From Chiloscyllium plagiosum (lineage: Eukaryota): DNA of 64,000 nucleotides. Under the pieces are notes generated by a model that saw only the letters and a list, made by a program, of their open reading frames with translations, ran no database searches and was not told the DNA's origin. Position numbers and translations under genes: made by a program. This document shows, in pieces, positions 1 to 13,221 of the stretch. How positions within the stretch are numbered: position 1 is the stretch's first letter; each line of letters opens with the position of its first letter. The DNA lies in contig NC_057718.1 of the NCBI RefSeq assembly GCF_004010195.1, positions 3,011,436 to 3,075,435 of the forward strand, written 5' to 3'.

Positions 1-380
1 TAAGATTATTAAAGGATTGGACACTCTGGCAGAAGGAAGCATGTTTCCGCTGATGGGTGAGTGCCGAACCAGAGGACACAGCCTAAAAATACGGGGGTAG
101 ACCATTTAGGACAGAGCTCAGGAGAAACTTCTTCACCCAGAGAGTGGTGGCTGTGTGGAATGCTCTGCCACAGGGGGCAGTGGAGGCCCACACTCTGGAT
201 TCATTTAAGAAGGAGTTGGATAGAGCTCTCAAAGATAGTGGAATCAAGGGTTATGGAGATAAGGAAGGAACAGGAAACTGATTAGGAATGATCAGCCATG
301 ATTATATTGAATGGTGGTGCAGGCTCGAAGGGCTGAATGGTCTACTCCTGCACCTATTGTCTATTGTCTCTTGTCTCTTG
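1..380 (+). mobile_element. CR1 LINE 3' end
   Basis: ORF2 C-terminus (FFTQRVV..WN.LP) and a (ctattgt)n tail. Confidence 0.85.
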
Positions 381-387
381 TCTATTG

Positions 388-3300
388 TCAAACATGGGCA
401 AATGGTATTAGTTCAGTGATGCTTAGCTGATCAGAATTGATGAATTAGACCAAAGGATCTGTTTCCATGCTGTATGACTCGATGACTCTCGGAACAAAGT
501 GGGTAACTGTAGGTTAATTCACCTCACATCTATTGTTGGAAAAGTATTGAAATCAATTATTAAGGAAGTATTAGCAACTGTAACCTAATAAAGCAGAGTT
601 GGTGTGGCTTCATGACAGGGAAATCCTGTCTGACTAATTTAAGGGAGCTTTTTAAAGAAACCTTCACCAGCATGGATAGTGGGGAACCACTGTTGTATTT
701 TGACTTCAAGAAAGTGTTTGACAAGGGACGTCACAAAAATTTAAGACAAAAGATGAGCCCATGGTATTGGAGGTTCTATACTAGTATGGACTATCGAGAA
801 TTGATCAAAGGGCAGCAAACAAGTTGATGTTGATGATGCATGTCCAATGGGGTTCCATGAGATCAGTGTTCAGACCACAACTGTTTACAACACAGATTAA
901 TGACTGGGAAGAAGGAAATGGATGTACTGTAGAAATACTTCCAAATGACACAAAATAGGTGGAAAGGCAGATTGTGAGAGGGGTACAAACAGTTTACAGA
1001 GAGACGAATGGTAGGTTAACTAGTAGGCAAAAAGCTGGCAATTGGAGTACAATGAAGGGAAATATGAAGTTTGGAAGAGAGTACAAACTAACAAAATATT
1101 ATTTAAATGAATAAAAACTGCAGAAAGCCAGCACACAGGGACAGTAGGTAATCAGGAAGGCAAATGGAATGCTGGCCCTGATTTAAAGGAGGTTGGAGTA
1201 TAAGAGAAGGGAGGTCTTATTGCAATTGCGCAAGAGACACTGGGGTCTATTACTGTAAAGTGTGGGGAGATATCAGTGGGACAGGAACCCAGCTGACTGT
1301 AACAGATAAGTCCTGTTTACCTTAGAATAATCTGATACAGTAACCATTTCCACATGGATTTATTGGAGAGGAGAATGTGTTAAATTCCTCTGGTAAATAG
1401 AAAGCAGAGAGCTTGATATAAACATAGAATAGTTACCTTCTCTTCTTTTACTCACAGATAGAATAAACGGTTTATCCTCCTGCACCAATTTCTCAATCTC
1501 AAATTCTTTATCTTCTCTCTATCTTTCTGCTTCTCCATCTCATTTGTTCTCAGTGTTGTATTTAACATTCTCCTCTCTCTCTCTGGTTTTGTTTCATTCA
1601 TTCTTGGCACATGGCCATCATAGTTGGGCCAGCACTTGTTGTCCATTGTAAATGGTCCTTGAGAAGAAATGTCTTCACCCAGAGAGTGGGGAACCTGTGG
1701 AATTCTCTGTCACAGGAAGCAGTTGAGGTCAAAATATTGAGAGGTTTCAAGAAGGTGTTCAATATATTTATTTGGGATAAAGGGATCAAATGGTATGGGG
1801 AAAAAGCAGGAGCAGGGATGTGCATTGGATGATCAGCCATGATTATGTTCAAAGGTGGTGCAGGCTCAATGGGCTGAATGGCCTACTCCAGCTCCTGTTT
1901 TCTTAATTCTGAGAATGTGATGGTGAGCTGCCTTCCTAAACTGCTGTGTTGGGACATTTGGTCCAGTGAAACTGAAGGAATGATGATGATGTATTTCTAT
2001 GTCAGGATGGACAAAGTTAAAAATCTCTTAAAAACATTTATGGTCCAACATCCAAACATTTGTATTTCCCAATAAACCTGTTGGAATATAACCTGATGTT
2101 GTGTGATTTTTAAAATTTTCCACCTCAGTCTAACACCGGCACCTTCACTTTATGTCAGGATGGTGAATGCACTGGAGGAGAACGTGAAGAAAGTGCTGTC
2201 CCATGTACCTGCTGCCCTTGTCCTTTCAGATGGGAGAGGCTGTGGGTTCAGAAGCTGTTGTTGAAACAGCCTTGGGGGTTACTGAAGGGCATCTTGTGGA
2301 TGGTACTCACTGTGTATCAGTGTTAAAGGAAATGGGTATTGGTGTTAGTTGTGGTGCCATTCAAGTGGCTGCATTATCATGGATGGCATGAAGCTTCTTG
2401 AGTGTTGTTGGAGCTGCACCCATCCAGGCAAGTTGTTCCATCATCCTTCTGATTTCTGCTTTGTCAATAGGTGGTAGTCAGGCTGTGGGAGGCAGAGTGT
2501 GAGCTACTCACCTCGGCTTGCTCTTGTAGCCACAATATTTATTACACTGCTCCAGTTAATGGATGGGTCAATGGGGACTCCCAGGATGTGGTTCACCAAA
2601 TAACTGTTTTCTTTATTTTTTGATGTGGGCATCGTTGGCAAAAAGCAGCATTTGTACTTCATCTCTTTTTGCCCTGAAACTGAGCTTCTTGCCTGCTCAT
2701 TCCAGACAGCAATAAGAGCAATCCACATTGCACTGGATCTGGAGCCACAAGTAGGCCAGGCCAAGATAAGGTCAGCAGATTTCCTTCCAAGAAGGACCGT
2801 AGTGAACCAAATGAGTTTTTCCAACAATTGATGGGAACATCAGGAATTAAGATGACATAGAGATTTAACACTTTAATAGAACACAACACAATTTGTTTTA
2901 TTGAAACTTATTGTATTTCAGAATCATTCACTCCCATGAGCAAGATCCATGTTCAAACAGACCACAGCTGCTCTATATCTCAGCATCATTTAAACTAAAG
3001 GTTAAATTGGTTTCCGGTGTAACTCATTCAGATCTGACTAATTGAGGACTCCGGATCTGTACTTGATGGAGTTTAGAAGGATGACGGGAAATATTTGATG
3101 ACAACTTACAGAATATTCAGAGACCTGGATAGGGAGAATGTGGAGAAGAGGTTTCCACTTGTTGGAGAGACTCGGACCTGAGGGTACAGCTTCAGAGTGA
3201 AGGAATCATCTTTTAGAAATCAGATGAGGAGGAATTTCTTCATCATTACTCTGTGGTACTAATTGCCATGGAAGACTGTGGAGGCCACATCACTGAGTGT

Positions 3301-4495
3301 ATTTAAGACAGAGATAGATAGGTACTTGGTTCATTAGGGGATGAAAAAGTCTGGTGAGAAGGCAGGAGAATGGGGATGAGAAACCTTTTATTCATGATCA
3401 AAATGTGGACAGCAAACTCAGTGGACTGAATGGCCTAATTCTGCTCCTGTATCTTATGGGCTCATGATCTTGAGGTTTTAAATGGGAAATTTCAACCTCC
3501 AGCTCTTGAGTCTTTGGGCCATTATTTCCCACAACCCTCTGCAGCTCCTGTTCTGTTCAATGACACTCCCATCTCCACGTCTGATGTCCTTGTCTGAACT
3601 AAACCGTTCTTATGACCCTTATTCATTTCCTTAGTCTAAGAGACACAGACAGAGGGACATAGAAACAGACCTTTCAGCCCATCAAGTCTGCTCCATCACT
3701 CAATTAAATGACGGACGATCAATGACCTCAATGGCACCTTCACACACTATCTCCAAATCCCTTCATGTAAATCACCTCCAGTAAGCTCTCAGTTTCAGTC
3801 TAGAACATTCCCAATGACTGAGTGTCCAGAGTTTTCTGGGAAATGTCAGTTATTGGAATTTCAGACAAGACTTTGACAAGGTCCACTGTGGAAGCTGATA
3901 GTGAAAGTACAAGCTGGTGGGATGCAGGGTCATCTGGATCCAAAGTTGGATCCAAAATTGGTTCTGTCCAAACAACAGAGGGTGGTAAAGGCCTGTTTGT
4001 GTGACTGGATGTCAGTCTCCAGTGGTGTACCACAGGGATCAGTGCTGGGTCTGTAATTGTACCTGCTGTATGTAAACATTGCATATCCAAATATAGGGGA
4101 TTGCATGTAAGTTTGCAGATGACACAAAGATTGGCCAGGTGGTCATAGAGTCATAGAGTCCTATAGCACAGAACCAGGCCCTTTGGCCCAAACTGGTCCA
4201 AACTGACCAAAATGTCCACCTCTGCTAACCCCATTTCCCTGTACTTGGCCCATATCCTTCTAATCCTTTCATATTCATGTTTTTATCCAAATACTTGTTA
4301 ATGTATCTGTCTCAACAACTTCTGCTGGCAGCTCATTCCATATGTGCAGCACCCTCTGTGTAAAAAAGTTGCCACTCAGGTTCCATTTTATTCTTTTCCC
4401 TCTAACTTTCAACTGATGCCTTTTAGTCCATGATTCCCCAACTCTGGGAAAAACATTGAGTGCATTCATCCTATCTCTGCCTCTCATGATCTTAC
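388..4495 (+). repeat. Segmental duplication, copy A
   Basis: Colinear high similarity with 28428-34312 across CR1 debris, the VJ remnant and unique spacers (e.g. MTGKSCLTNL ORFs at 612 and 28539; ggatccaaag palindromic tract at ~3937 and ~33777). Confidence 0.9.
1236..1305 (+). pseudogene. 3' remnant of a VJ exon (F strand, CDR3, J)
   Basis: DTGVYYCKVWGDISGTGTQLTVT followed by a dead donor (ataagt). Nearly identical to 31018-31087 and fused directly to CR1 sequence at 1235. Confidence 0.88.
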
Positions 4496-5910
4496 ACACT
4501 TCTATAAGTTCCCTGCTCAGTCTTCTCTGCTCTGAAGAAAAATGTCTGAGTTTGTCCAACCTCTCACTATAACTCAGACCCTTGAGTCCTGGCAACATCC
4601 TCGTAAATTTCTTCTGCACTCTTTCCAGTTTAATAACATTCCTCTGATAACAAGGTGACCAAAACTGAACACAATACACCAAGTGCAGTATCACCAACAT
4701 CCTGTACAACTGCAATATAACTTACCAATTCCTATACTCAATGCCCTGACTGATGAATGCCCAGAGTGTCATAAGCCTTCCTCACTTCCCTGTCTACCTG
4801 TGAATCCACTTTCAGAGAACCGAGCACTTGAACTCCTATTTTCATGTCATCTGAAAACTCATGACTCATGCCTTATACATACTCATCAAACTCATTCATA
4901 TAGATTACAAACAGCAGTGGGCCAAGCACCCACTGAGGCACTTCACTAGTCACAGGCCTCCAGTCCAACAAGCATCCTTCCACTAGTACCCTCTTTTTCC
5001 TACCACCAAGCCAATTGTGTATCCAATTTGCCAGCTCCGCCTGGATTCTATGTGATCTAACCGCCCAGCCTACCATTTGGAACCTTAGCAAAGGTCTTAC
5101 TGAAATCTATGTCTAAAACCTTGCTCTTGTCAACCTTCCTGGTCACTTCATCAAACAACTCAAACAAATTTGTAAGGCATGATCTCCCACTTACAAAACC
5201 ATGCTGACTGCTCCTAATCAAACCCTGTCTTTCCAAATGCATGCATACCTTATCCCTCAGAACCTTCTCAAATAACATTCCCACCATGAATGTTCGGCTC
5301 ACTGCTCCATGGTTCCCAGGTTTCTCTTTGCTGTCCTTCTTGAATAAGGGGAGTATTTGTTACCCTCCAGTCTCCAGGACCTTACATGTGGCTAACGATG
5401 ATGCAAAGAAATAAGCCAGGACCTCCGCAATTTCTTCATTAACCTCATGCAGTGTTCTTGGATATATCTGGTCAGGACCAGGAGATTTATCCACCTTCAT
5501 ACATTCTAATACATCCAGCACATCGTCTACCGTGATACAGACTGTCCCCAAGATATCACCACCAACTTCCCCAAGTTCCCAAGTCTTCTTTTCTTTCTCC
5601 ATAGTGGAGAAATACTCATTGAGGTCCTCACCCATCTCTTGCGGTTCTTCACATACACATGCACTTTGGCCATTGAAGGGTCCTAATCTCTCTCTAGTTA
5701 TTCTTCTTTCTTTAATATTCTTAAATAATATCTTTGGATTCACCCTAGTCTTCTCAGCCAAGGCTATCTAATGCCCCTTTTTTGCCCTCCTGATTTCCTT
5801 CTTCACTAAACTCCTGTGTACCCTATATACCTCCAGGGATTCCCTGATCCCACCAGCCTGCTCCTGAGCCATACCTCCTCCTTTTTTTCTGGTCAAAGCC
5901 TCAATATCTC
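4143..5910 (-). mobile_element. CR1 LINE ORF2 fragment
   Basis: ORFs 4275-5989 with CR1 RT motifs (KSPGPDQIYPR, SQHGFVSGRSCLTN, YCVQFWSP); (catagagt)n tail at 4143. Confidence 0.9.
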
Positions 5911-5911
5911 T

Positions 5912-7450
5912 TGAAGAAGTAATGAAGTGGATTAATGAGGGCACAGTAATGGATGTGGTCTGTGTGGACTTCAGTAAGCACTTTGACAAGGTAGCTCATG
6001 GTAAACTGTTTAACAAGTTTAGGTCACATCGAGTACAAGGAGAGCTAGCCATTTGGATACAGAACTGGCTTGAAAGTAGAAGAGGGTGGTAGAGGGTAGT
6101 TTTTCAGACTGGAGGCCTGTGACTAGTGGAGTGCCACAAGAATCAGTGCTGGGTCCACTGCTTTTCGTCATTTATATAAATGATTTGAATGTGAAGATAG
6201 GAGGTATTAGATTAGATTCGATTCTCTACAGTGTGGAAACAAGCCCTTCGGCCCAACCAGTCCACACCAATCCTCCGAAGAGTAACCAACCCAGAACCAT
6301 TTCCCTCCAATTAATGTACCTAACACTATGGGCAATTTAGCACGGCCAATTCACCTGACCCACACATCTTTGGACTGTGGAAGGAAACCGGAGTATCCAG
6401 AGGAAACTTACGCAGAAAAGGGGAGAATGTGCAAACTCCGCACAGACAGTCACCCGAGGCTGCAATCGAACCTGGGACCCTGGTGCTGTGAGGCAGCAGT
6501 GCTTACCACTGAGCCACCATGCGGAGGATTATAGGTATGTCTAATAAGTTTGCAGATGATACCTAAACTGGAGGTGCAGTAGACAGTGAAGAGGGTTACC
6601 TCAGAATACAATGGGATCTTGATCAGATGGGCCAATGGGCTGAGAAGTGACAGATGGAATTTAATTTATATATATGTGATGTGCTGCATTTTGGAAAGGC
6701 AAATCCTTAATAGTAAGGTCGAGGGGAGTTTTGCTGATCAAAGAGACTTTGGAGTACAAGTTCATAATTCCTTGAAAGTGGAGTGGCAGGTAGATAGGAT
6801 AGTGAAAAAAAGCATTTGGCATGCTTACCATTACTGGTCAGTGCATTGAGTACAGGAGTTGGAATGTTATGTTGTAGCTGTACAGAACATTGACTCGGCC
6901 ACTTTTGGAATACTGTGTACAAATCTGGTCTCCCTGCTCTAGGAAGGATGTTGTGAAACTTGAAAGGGTTCCAAAAATATTGACAAGGATGTTGCCAGGG
7001 TTGGAGGGTTTGAGCTACAGGGAGAGGCTGAATACATTGGGGCAATTATCCCTGGTGCGACAAGGCTGAGGGATGACCATATCGAGATTTATAAAAGAAA
7101 TGGCGTGGGTAAGGTAAGTAGTGAAGGCCCTTCCCCTGGATGAGAGAGTTCAAAACTAGAGGGTGTTGATTTAAGCTGAGAGGGGAAAGATTTAAGAGGG
7201 ACCTGAGGGCAAATTTTTCATGCAGACGGTGGTACATATATGGCATGAGCTGCCAGAGGAAATGGTCGGGGTTGGTACAATTCATTAAAAGAAACCTGGA
7301 TTGGTATATGAATAGGAAGGGTTTGAGGAATATGGGCCTAATGCTGGCAAATGGAATGAAATTTATTTAGGATATCTGGTTGGTATGGGAGAGTTGGACT
7401 GAAGTGTTTGTTTCCATACTGTATGTCTCTGTGACTCTATGGCTGTACGA
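5912..7450 (+). mobile_element. CR1 LINE RT/3' fragment, back-to-back with the previous element
   Basis: [26 protein letters not shown], 3' UTR and tgactcta tail; interrupted by a SINE at 6205-6525. Confidence 0.9.
6205..6525 (-). mobile_element. tRNA-derived SINE, HE1/V-SINE-like
   Basis: Minus-strand head GGTGGCTCAGTGGTAAGCACTGCTGCCTCACAGCACCAGGGTCCCAGGTTCGATT (A and B boxes), conserved core and (tctaa)n tail. Confidence 0.85.
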
Positions 7451-8029
7451 CACGAACCACTCACTGTGCATAAAAAAAGTTGCCCCGATGTCTTTTTTAT
7501 GTCTTCCTCCTCTCACTGAAAACATATGCTTCCCAGTCTTGAAACCTGTCCACCCCTTGCCAGGAGAGGATATTTGCCATTCACCTTATCTATATCCCTC
7601 ATTTATAAACCACAAGATGGTCATCCCTCAACCTCCTATTCTTTGATGAAAAAAGTCAGTTGTATGGTCAAACTGTCTTACAGCCAGTACCACAACATTT
7701 CTGACCTGCTCTCTGTTGAGGGCAATTGATGCCAAACAATTAAAATTGCCACTTTTTAAAATACACTGTCGGACAGTGGGTGTCACTGGCTGGGTCCAGC
7801 TTTTATTGTCCATGACCAGTTGCCCTTGAGAGGGTAGTGATGAATTTCTTCTTAAACTGCTGTGGGAACTGAACTGTAGTTTGATCCACAAAACCCCTAG
7901 GGAGGGAATTCCAGGATTTATTTCCATGTTTGGATAGTGAGTGGCTTGGAAGGGAACGTGTAGCTGGTGGTGTTTCCATGTATCTACTGCGCTTGTCGTT
8001 CTAGATGGAAGTTAGGTGGACAGGTAGGT

Positions 8030-8770
8030 AGTATACGAAGTTAGGTGGACAGGCAGGTAGTACTGAGGAAGTGGGGAGGCTACAGAAGGATCTAGACAGG
8101 TTGGGAGAGTGGTCCAGGAAATGGCTGATGGAATTTAACGTGAGCAAGTGCGAGGTCTTGCACTTTGGCAAAAAGAATAAAAACATAGACTACTTTCTAA
8201 ANNNNNNNNNNNNNNNNNNNNNNNNNNNNNNNNNNNNNNNNNNNNNNNNNNNNNNNNNNNNNNNNNNNNNNNNNNNNNNNNNNNNNNNNNNNNNNNNNNN
8301 NNNNNNNNNNNNNNNNNNNNNNNNNNNNNNNNNNNNNNNNNNNNNNNNNNNNNNNNNNNNNNNNNNNNNNNNNNNNNNNNNNNNNNNNNNNNNNNNNNNN
8401 NNNNNNNNNNNNNNNNNNNNNNNNNNNNNNNNNNNNNNNNNNNNNNNNNNNNNNNNNNNNNNNNNNNNNNNNNNNNNNNNNNNNNNNNNNNNNNNNNNNN
8501 NNNNNNNNNNNNNNNNNNNNNNNNNNNNNNNNNNNNNNNNNNNNNNNNNNNNNNNNNNNNNNNNNNNNNNNNNNNNNNNNNNNNNNNNNNNNTTGAAGGC
8601 CGAGATTGATAGATTCTTGTTGTCTCGAGGAATTAAGGGCTACGGGGAGAACGCTGGTAAGTGGAGCTGAAATGCGCATCAGCCATGATTGAATGGCGGA
8701 GTGGACTCGATGGGCCGAATGGCCTTACTTCTACTCCTATGTCTTATGGTCTTATGGTCTTATGGCCTTA
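8030..8770 (+). mobile_element. CR1 LINE 3' fragment spanning an N gap (8202-8592)
   Basis: LQKDLDRLGEWSRKWLMEFNVSKCEVLHFG; (cttatggt)n tail. Confidence 0.85.
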
Positions 8771-9128
8771 TGTTGGAATGTGCTATCTGAAGGTCTTTGT
8801 TGAATTTTTTAAAGATGGTACTCACTGCTGTGACTGAGGGTCAGTGGTGGAGGGACTGAATGTTAAAATGCTGCAGATACAGGAAACCTAAAATAAAATC
8901 AGAAATGCAATTGGACATTCAGAGATGAGACAGCATTAGCCCTTTCTCTTGGTTATGTACTTCTGTGAACAAGTCTCCATCTCTAAAATCTTGAATTTCT
9001 GATGAAAAAAGCAACTTGACCTCTCTTTCTTTCTTCACAGAGGCTTCTCTGATTGCTTTCAGCGTTTCTCTTCCCCGCCTCCTCCCCGACCTTCAATAAT
9101 GAGACAAACTCCTCCCCAAGTGGCCATT

Positions 9129-9283
9129 TCAGCGAAAGATTGATTTCCACCTACAGGATGATGGTTTCCGAATGCATCTGATACAGAAGAGAACAGCGGC
9201 TCCAGCGATGACAATAGCTCCCAGTACAGCCCCCACACTGATCCAGACAATCCACAGCTCTCTGTTCATTCCCACTGCAGGAG
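9129..9283 (-). CDS. Transmembrane plus short cytoplasmic tail exon of the VJ-TM gene
   Basis: Acceptor tttctctgtttgcag|CT, phase 1, in frame with the V exon: (T)PAVGMNRELWIVWISVGAVLGAIVIAGAAVLFCIRCIRKPSSCRWKSIFR*. Contains a 26-aa uncharged hydrophobic stretch followed by basic stop-transfer residues. A possible weak internal phase-2 donor AG|gtggaa lies at 9151/9150. Confidence 0.82.
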
Positions 9284-10364
9284 CTGCAAACAGAGAAACA
9301 GATCAACCACAGGAAAAAGAATGAAACCAATCCTGACCTTTTCTTTATTGACTTCTGGGATGTCTGACCTTATGCTCGAAGGAAGATGGAACAGTTGAAG
9401 ATAGTTGGCCCTTGGACACTACCCTGAGGAACTCACACAGAGGTCTCCTGGACCCAAGATGGCTGCCTCCAACAATCACAACCAACTCTCTTTTGGCTCT
9501 TATAGGTGAGGCGGGGGTGATCAATGTCGCTCTTCTCGATCATTCACATCAATGGAGGGATAAGGTGGGAGGGTCTGGGTTTGGGTGGAATGTTCTTCAG
9601 AGGGTCAGTGCAGATTCAATGGGCTGAATGGCCTGTTTCCACACTGTCTGAATCAACTTAGAAGATTTTCTTGATGATTATAAGAGAGTCGACTTTTGTA
9701 ATCTACCGATCTGAAAAATATCATCAAAATGCACACAAGTAAAGAAATAAACTTAGAAAGAAATGGGGAGGTGCATCTGTACTGAAAGGAAGTTAGTAAA
9801 AGCAGTTAAAATTAAACAGTCCCTATTTCACACAACCTTAACATCTCTCCACCATGAAGATGCATCCTGAGCAATCTTTCCCCTTTTTCTCTGTTAAACA
9901 TTCCATTAAATCATCAATATAAAATCACAAAGACTTTGACAAAAGATGCTCACATTCCTTGTGAAATAATTCTACAGAGGTGATATCCTGTCAACAAGTC
10001 ACCCTTTATTTACATGTGTTCAACTCCCTCAGAGCCAGCTCTCAGAGTGAACAGAACCCCTGGGCACTCCTGTTTCTATCTGTCAGCCAGGACTCCCTGT
10101 TTGGGCCAGATTAACAGTCCTAATCAGGGAACTCACATTCTCTGAGGTCCACCTGGCTGTCTGTATTCCAGTCATGCACCCTGACATTCTTTTCACTCTA
10201 ACCTGCATTTAAAACCTACAGGGCCAGCATTTATTTCCCTTCCCCAATTACCCTGAGGGCAGTTAAAAGTAAACCACATTGCTGTAGGTCTGGAGTTATG
10301 TGTAGGCCAGACCAGGCAATGGTGGAGCAAACTTGATAGGCCAAATAGCCTAATTCTGCCAGAC

Positions 10365-11400
10365 GGAGTACCAGGCCGTGCACAAGTCAATTGGTAGAGA
10401 TCTTCTTGGACATCTTAAACCTCTCCCTGCAGCAGACCACTATCCTTGCCTGTTTCAAGAGGGCCAACATCATCCCTGTGACTAAAAAGGCTCATCCAGC
10501 ATGTCTCAATGATTACCGTCTAGTGGCTCTAACTTCGGTGGTCATGAAGTGCTTTGAAAGGCTAGTCATGGCATTAATCAACTCCAGTCTCCCCACTACT
10601 CTTGACCCACTCCAATTTGCCGATCAGATGAACAGATCCATATCAGATGCCATATCACTTGCTCTTCACTCCTCCCTAGAACATCTTGACACCAAAAACA
10701 GCTATGTAAGAATTCATTGACTACAGCTCAGCCTTCAACACTATTATCCCCTCAAGACTGATTACTAAACTTAGCGATCGCGGACTAAGCCCCACTCTCT
10801 GCAACTGGACCCTCAGTTTCCTGACCCATAGGCCACAATCAGTGAAAATTGGGGACAATATTTCATCCTCACTAACACTCAAAACTGCAGCCCCCAAGGG
10901 GTGCGTACTCAGCCCCTACTGTACTCACTGTATACCCATGACTGCATCACCAAGTACCAGACTAATGCCATTTACAGGTTCGCTGATGATGCCACCATAA
11001 TCCAGTCGAATCTCACATGACGTTGAAACAGACTACAGATGGGAGGTGGAACACCTGGAAAAATGTTGCACTAAGAACCTAGCTCTCAATGCCAGCAAAA
11101 CCAAGGAACTCATTATTGACTTTCGATGGGATGTTACTCATGCCCTCCGATACATTAACAGCACAGAGGTGCAACGAGTGGAGAGTGTCAAGCTCCTGAG
11201 AGTGGTCATCCACAACAAGCTTTCTCGGACTTTTCATGTGGAGGCACTGGTTACAAAGGCCCAACAACATCTCTTCTTCCTCAGGCAGCTGAGGAAATTT
11301 GGCATGATGATGAATACCCTTGCCAATTTTTATAGGTCCGTCATCGAGAGCATTGTGTCTGGATGTATCGCTACCTGGTATGGCAACTGTACCATTCCAC
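10365..11400 (+). mobile_element. Rex1/Babar-like non-LTR retrotransposon RT fragment
   Basis: ACFKRANIIPVTKKAHPACLNDYRLVALTSVVMKCFERLV..LDPLQFA and KTKELIIDFR..KAQQHLFFLRQLRKFG; frameshifted. Confidence 0.85.
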
Positions 11401-11864
11401 ACCGACTGTGCCCTGGCATTTGAAGTTCCCATCCAGAGGCTTCTTCAATGTTGTGAGTGTATGTGCCTCTACCACCGCCTACCCCACCACTGCTTTTAGG
11501 CAGCCCCTTCCATATTTCTACCACCCACTTTGGGAAAAAAAACTTTCCTCGGATCTCCTCTGAGCCACCTACTCCTCTCCTTAAACTTAGACCCCATTAA
11601 ATATGTGTGTCATGGGGCAAAGATTGTCTTAATCTACTCTGTCTATGCTATTACCGTTTCAGGTGTAGATGGGACTTGAACTCTGGCCTCCTGACTCAGA
11701 GGCAGTGACACTACAACTACACCACAATGGCCCTTTTTATGTTAGTCCCACACCGCATTCTTTCCCATTAAATCCACATATCAGATGTCTTGATTGTCTT
11801 GTGGACAGCTTACTCCTCAAAGTATTAGAATTCCCACAATGTGGAAAAAAAGGCTATTCAACCC

Positions 11865-12190
11865 AAGGCACCATGGCTCAGTGGTTAGCACTCCTACTTA
11901 AAATTGCCAGGGACCCAGGCTCGATTCCACCCTCAGGTGACTGTCTGCGTGGGGTTTGCACATTCTCCTCGTATTTCCACCGGGTGCTCTGGTTCTCTCC
12001 TACAATCTGAAGATGTGCAGATTCGGTGAATTGACCATGCTAAATTGCCCACATTGTTCAGGGATATGTAAGCTAGGTGTATTCATTAAGGATAAATGTG
12101 AAGTAGTAGAGGAATGGGTCAAGATGGGTTACTTTTCAGAGTGCTGGTGTAGACATATTGGGCCAAATGACCCATTTCCACACTGTAGGA
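11865..12190 (+). mobile_element. HE1/V-SINE-like SINE
   Basis: ggctcagtggttagcact..gggacccaggctcgattcc head and core ggtttgcacattctcc. Confidence 0.8.
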
Positions 12191-12199
12191 AAACCACTT

Positions 12200-12480
12200 G
12201 ATTCCCCAAACAGCATCCCACCCAGACTCACTCCCTACCCTATCCCTGTAACCCTGTACTTCCCATGGCTAATCCACCTAATCGGCATGTTATGGGCAAT
12301 TTATCATGCCAAATCCACCTAACTTGCATATCTTTGGAGTGTGGGAGGAAACTGGAGCACCTGAAGTAAACTACATGGAAATGGAGAGAATGTGTGAGTT
12401 CTGCACAGATAGTTGGAATTGAAGTTGAGACCCAGCACTCTGAGGTAGCAGAGCTAGCCACTGAGCAACCATGCCACTCC
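12200..12480 (-). mobile_element. HE1/V-SINE-like SINE, tail-to-tail with the previous copy
   Basis: Reverse-complement head ggcatggttgctcagtggctagc and the same core. Confidence 0.75.
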
Positions 12481-12885
12481 TCAGCAACCACTCCTTCACA
12501 CTTCCCTGGAGGAAACCTTTTCCTTCTTCTCTGTCCCTCACAAATAAGTGGCTGTGCCTCCATGAAGCCTCCACATCCAAGTGGAAGTTCTTGCTATGTT
12601 TTATACAACACAATGGTTCACCTTTCGCTGTCGAAGAGCAGTCTTCAGCCAAACTGTGAATTGTATTCCCACCCACCAAGGTTGGAGAGAGCTTGAGCAT
12701 TTCTGCAGCAGATGCGATTCTGCTCTTCTGACAAATCCCCAGAGTGTGAGGTCCTTGCATGAGTTTTCATCTCTTCCTCCTGTCACCTTCCCACATACCC
12801 ACCAAACCCACACCAAACCCCTCCCCTGGTGCTTGTGATAGTGCTGTCCCTGTGGGCTTGCGAGTGGGATCGAATATTTACTTAC

Positions 12886-13221
12886 TGGTTACATTCAACT
12901 GGGTTCCTGCCCAGTAGATCGATCCCTGCACACTACAAACATAGACAGCATTGTCACTGAGTTGCACGTTTGTGATGGTCAGGATGTAACTGTTATTGGA
13001 GACATCCCTGAAAGGTTGGATGCGTGCTGTCACTCCTTTGTTACGGTGAACATTGTTGTGTGAATCGTATGTTAGCAGCTTCTGTCTTTTGGATTCTTGC
13101 GTGAACCAAGTAACAATGAGTTTATTGACATTGGCATTCTCCATGCGACACTGGAATCTGACAGAGCTACCCTGTATGACACAGTGTACTGCTGGAGACT
13201 GGAGCAGAACTGGTCTCTTTG
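12886..13221 (-). CDS. Germline-joined V-J immunoglobulin V-set exon (exon 2 of an L-VJ-TM receptor gene)
   Basis: Acceptor tttcccctaacag|CA at 13221 and donor ACC A|gtaagt at 12886; 336 nt, phase 1-1, open frame: (A)KRPVLLQSPAVHCVIQGSSVRFQCRMENANVNKLIVTWFTQESKRQKLLTYDSHNNVHRNKGVTARIQPFRDVSNNSYILTITNVQLSDNAVYVCSVQGSIYWAGTQLNVT. Has the B-strand Cys, C-strand Trp, LTI..V...D.A.Y.C motif and a J-like GTQLNV end in the same exon. No heptamer/nonamer RSS follows. Confidence 0.92.

Noticed and set aside
6470-6525. tRNA-like A/B box sequences (also at 11870, 29430 and 46210)
   Set aside because: These are SINE heads continuing into the SINE core, not tRNA genes.
12371-12838. Overlapping ORFs just downstream of the V exon as a possible C1 or hinge exon
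   Set aside because: No C1 Cys/Trp pattern in the frames examined and no convincing splice pair; part of it runs into a SINE.
13180-13186. CACAGTG heptamers (here, and at ~20274, ~46434 and ~54814) as possible RSS
   Set aside because: None has an ACAAAAACC-like nonamer at 12 or 23 bp, and none flanks the end of a V or J segment; consistent with chance.
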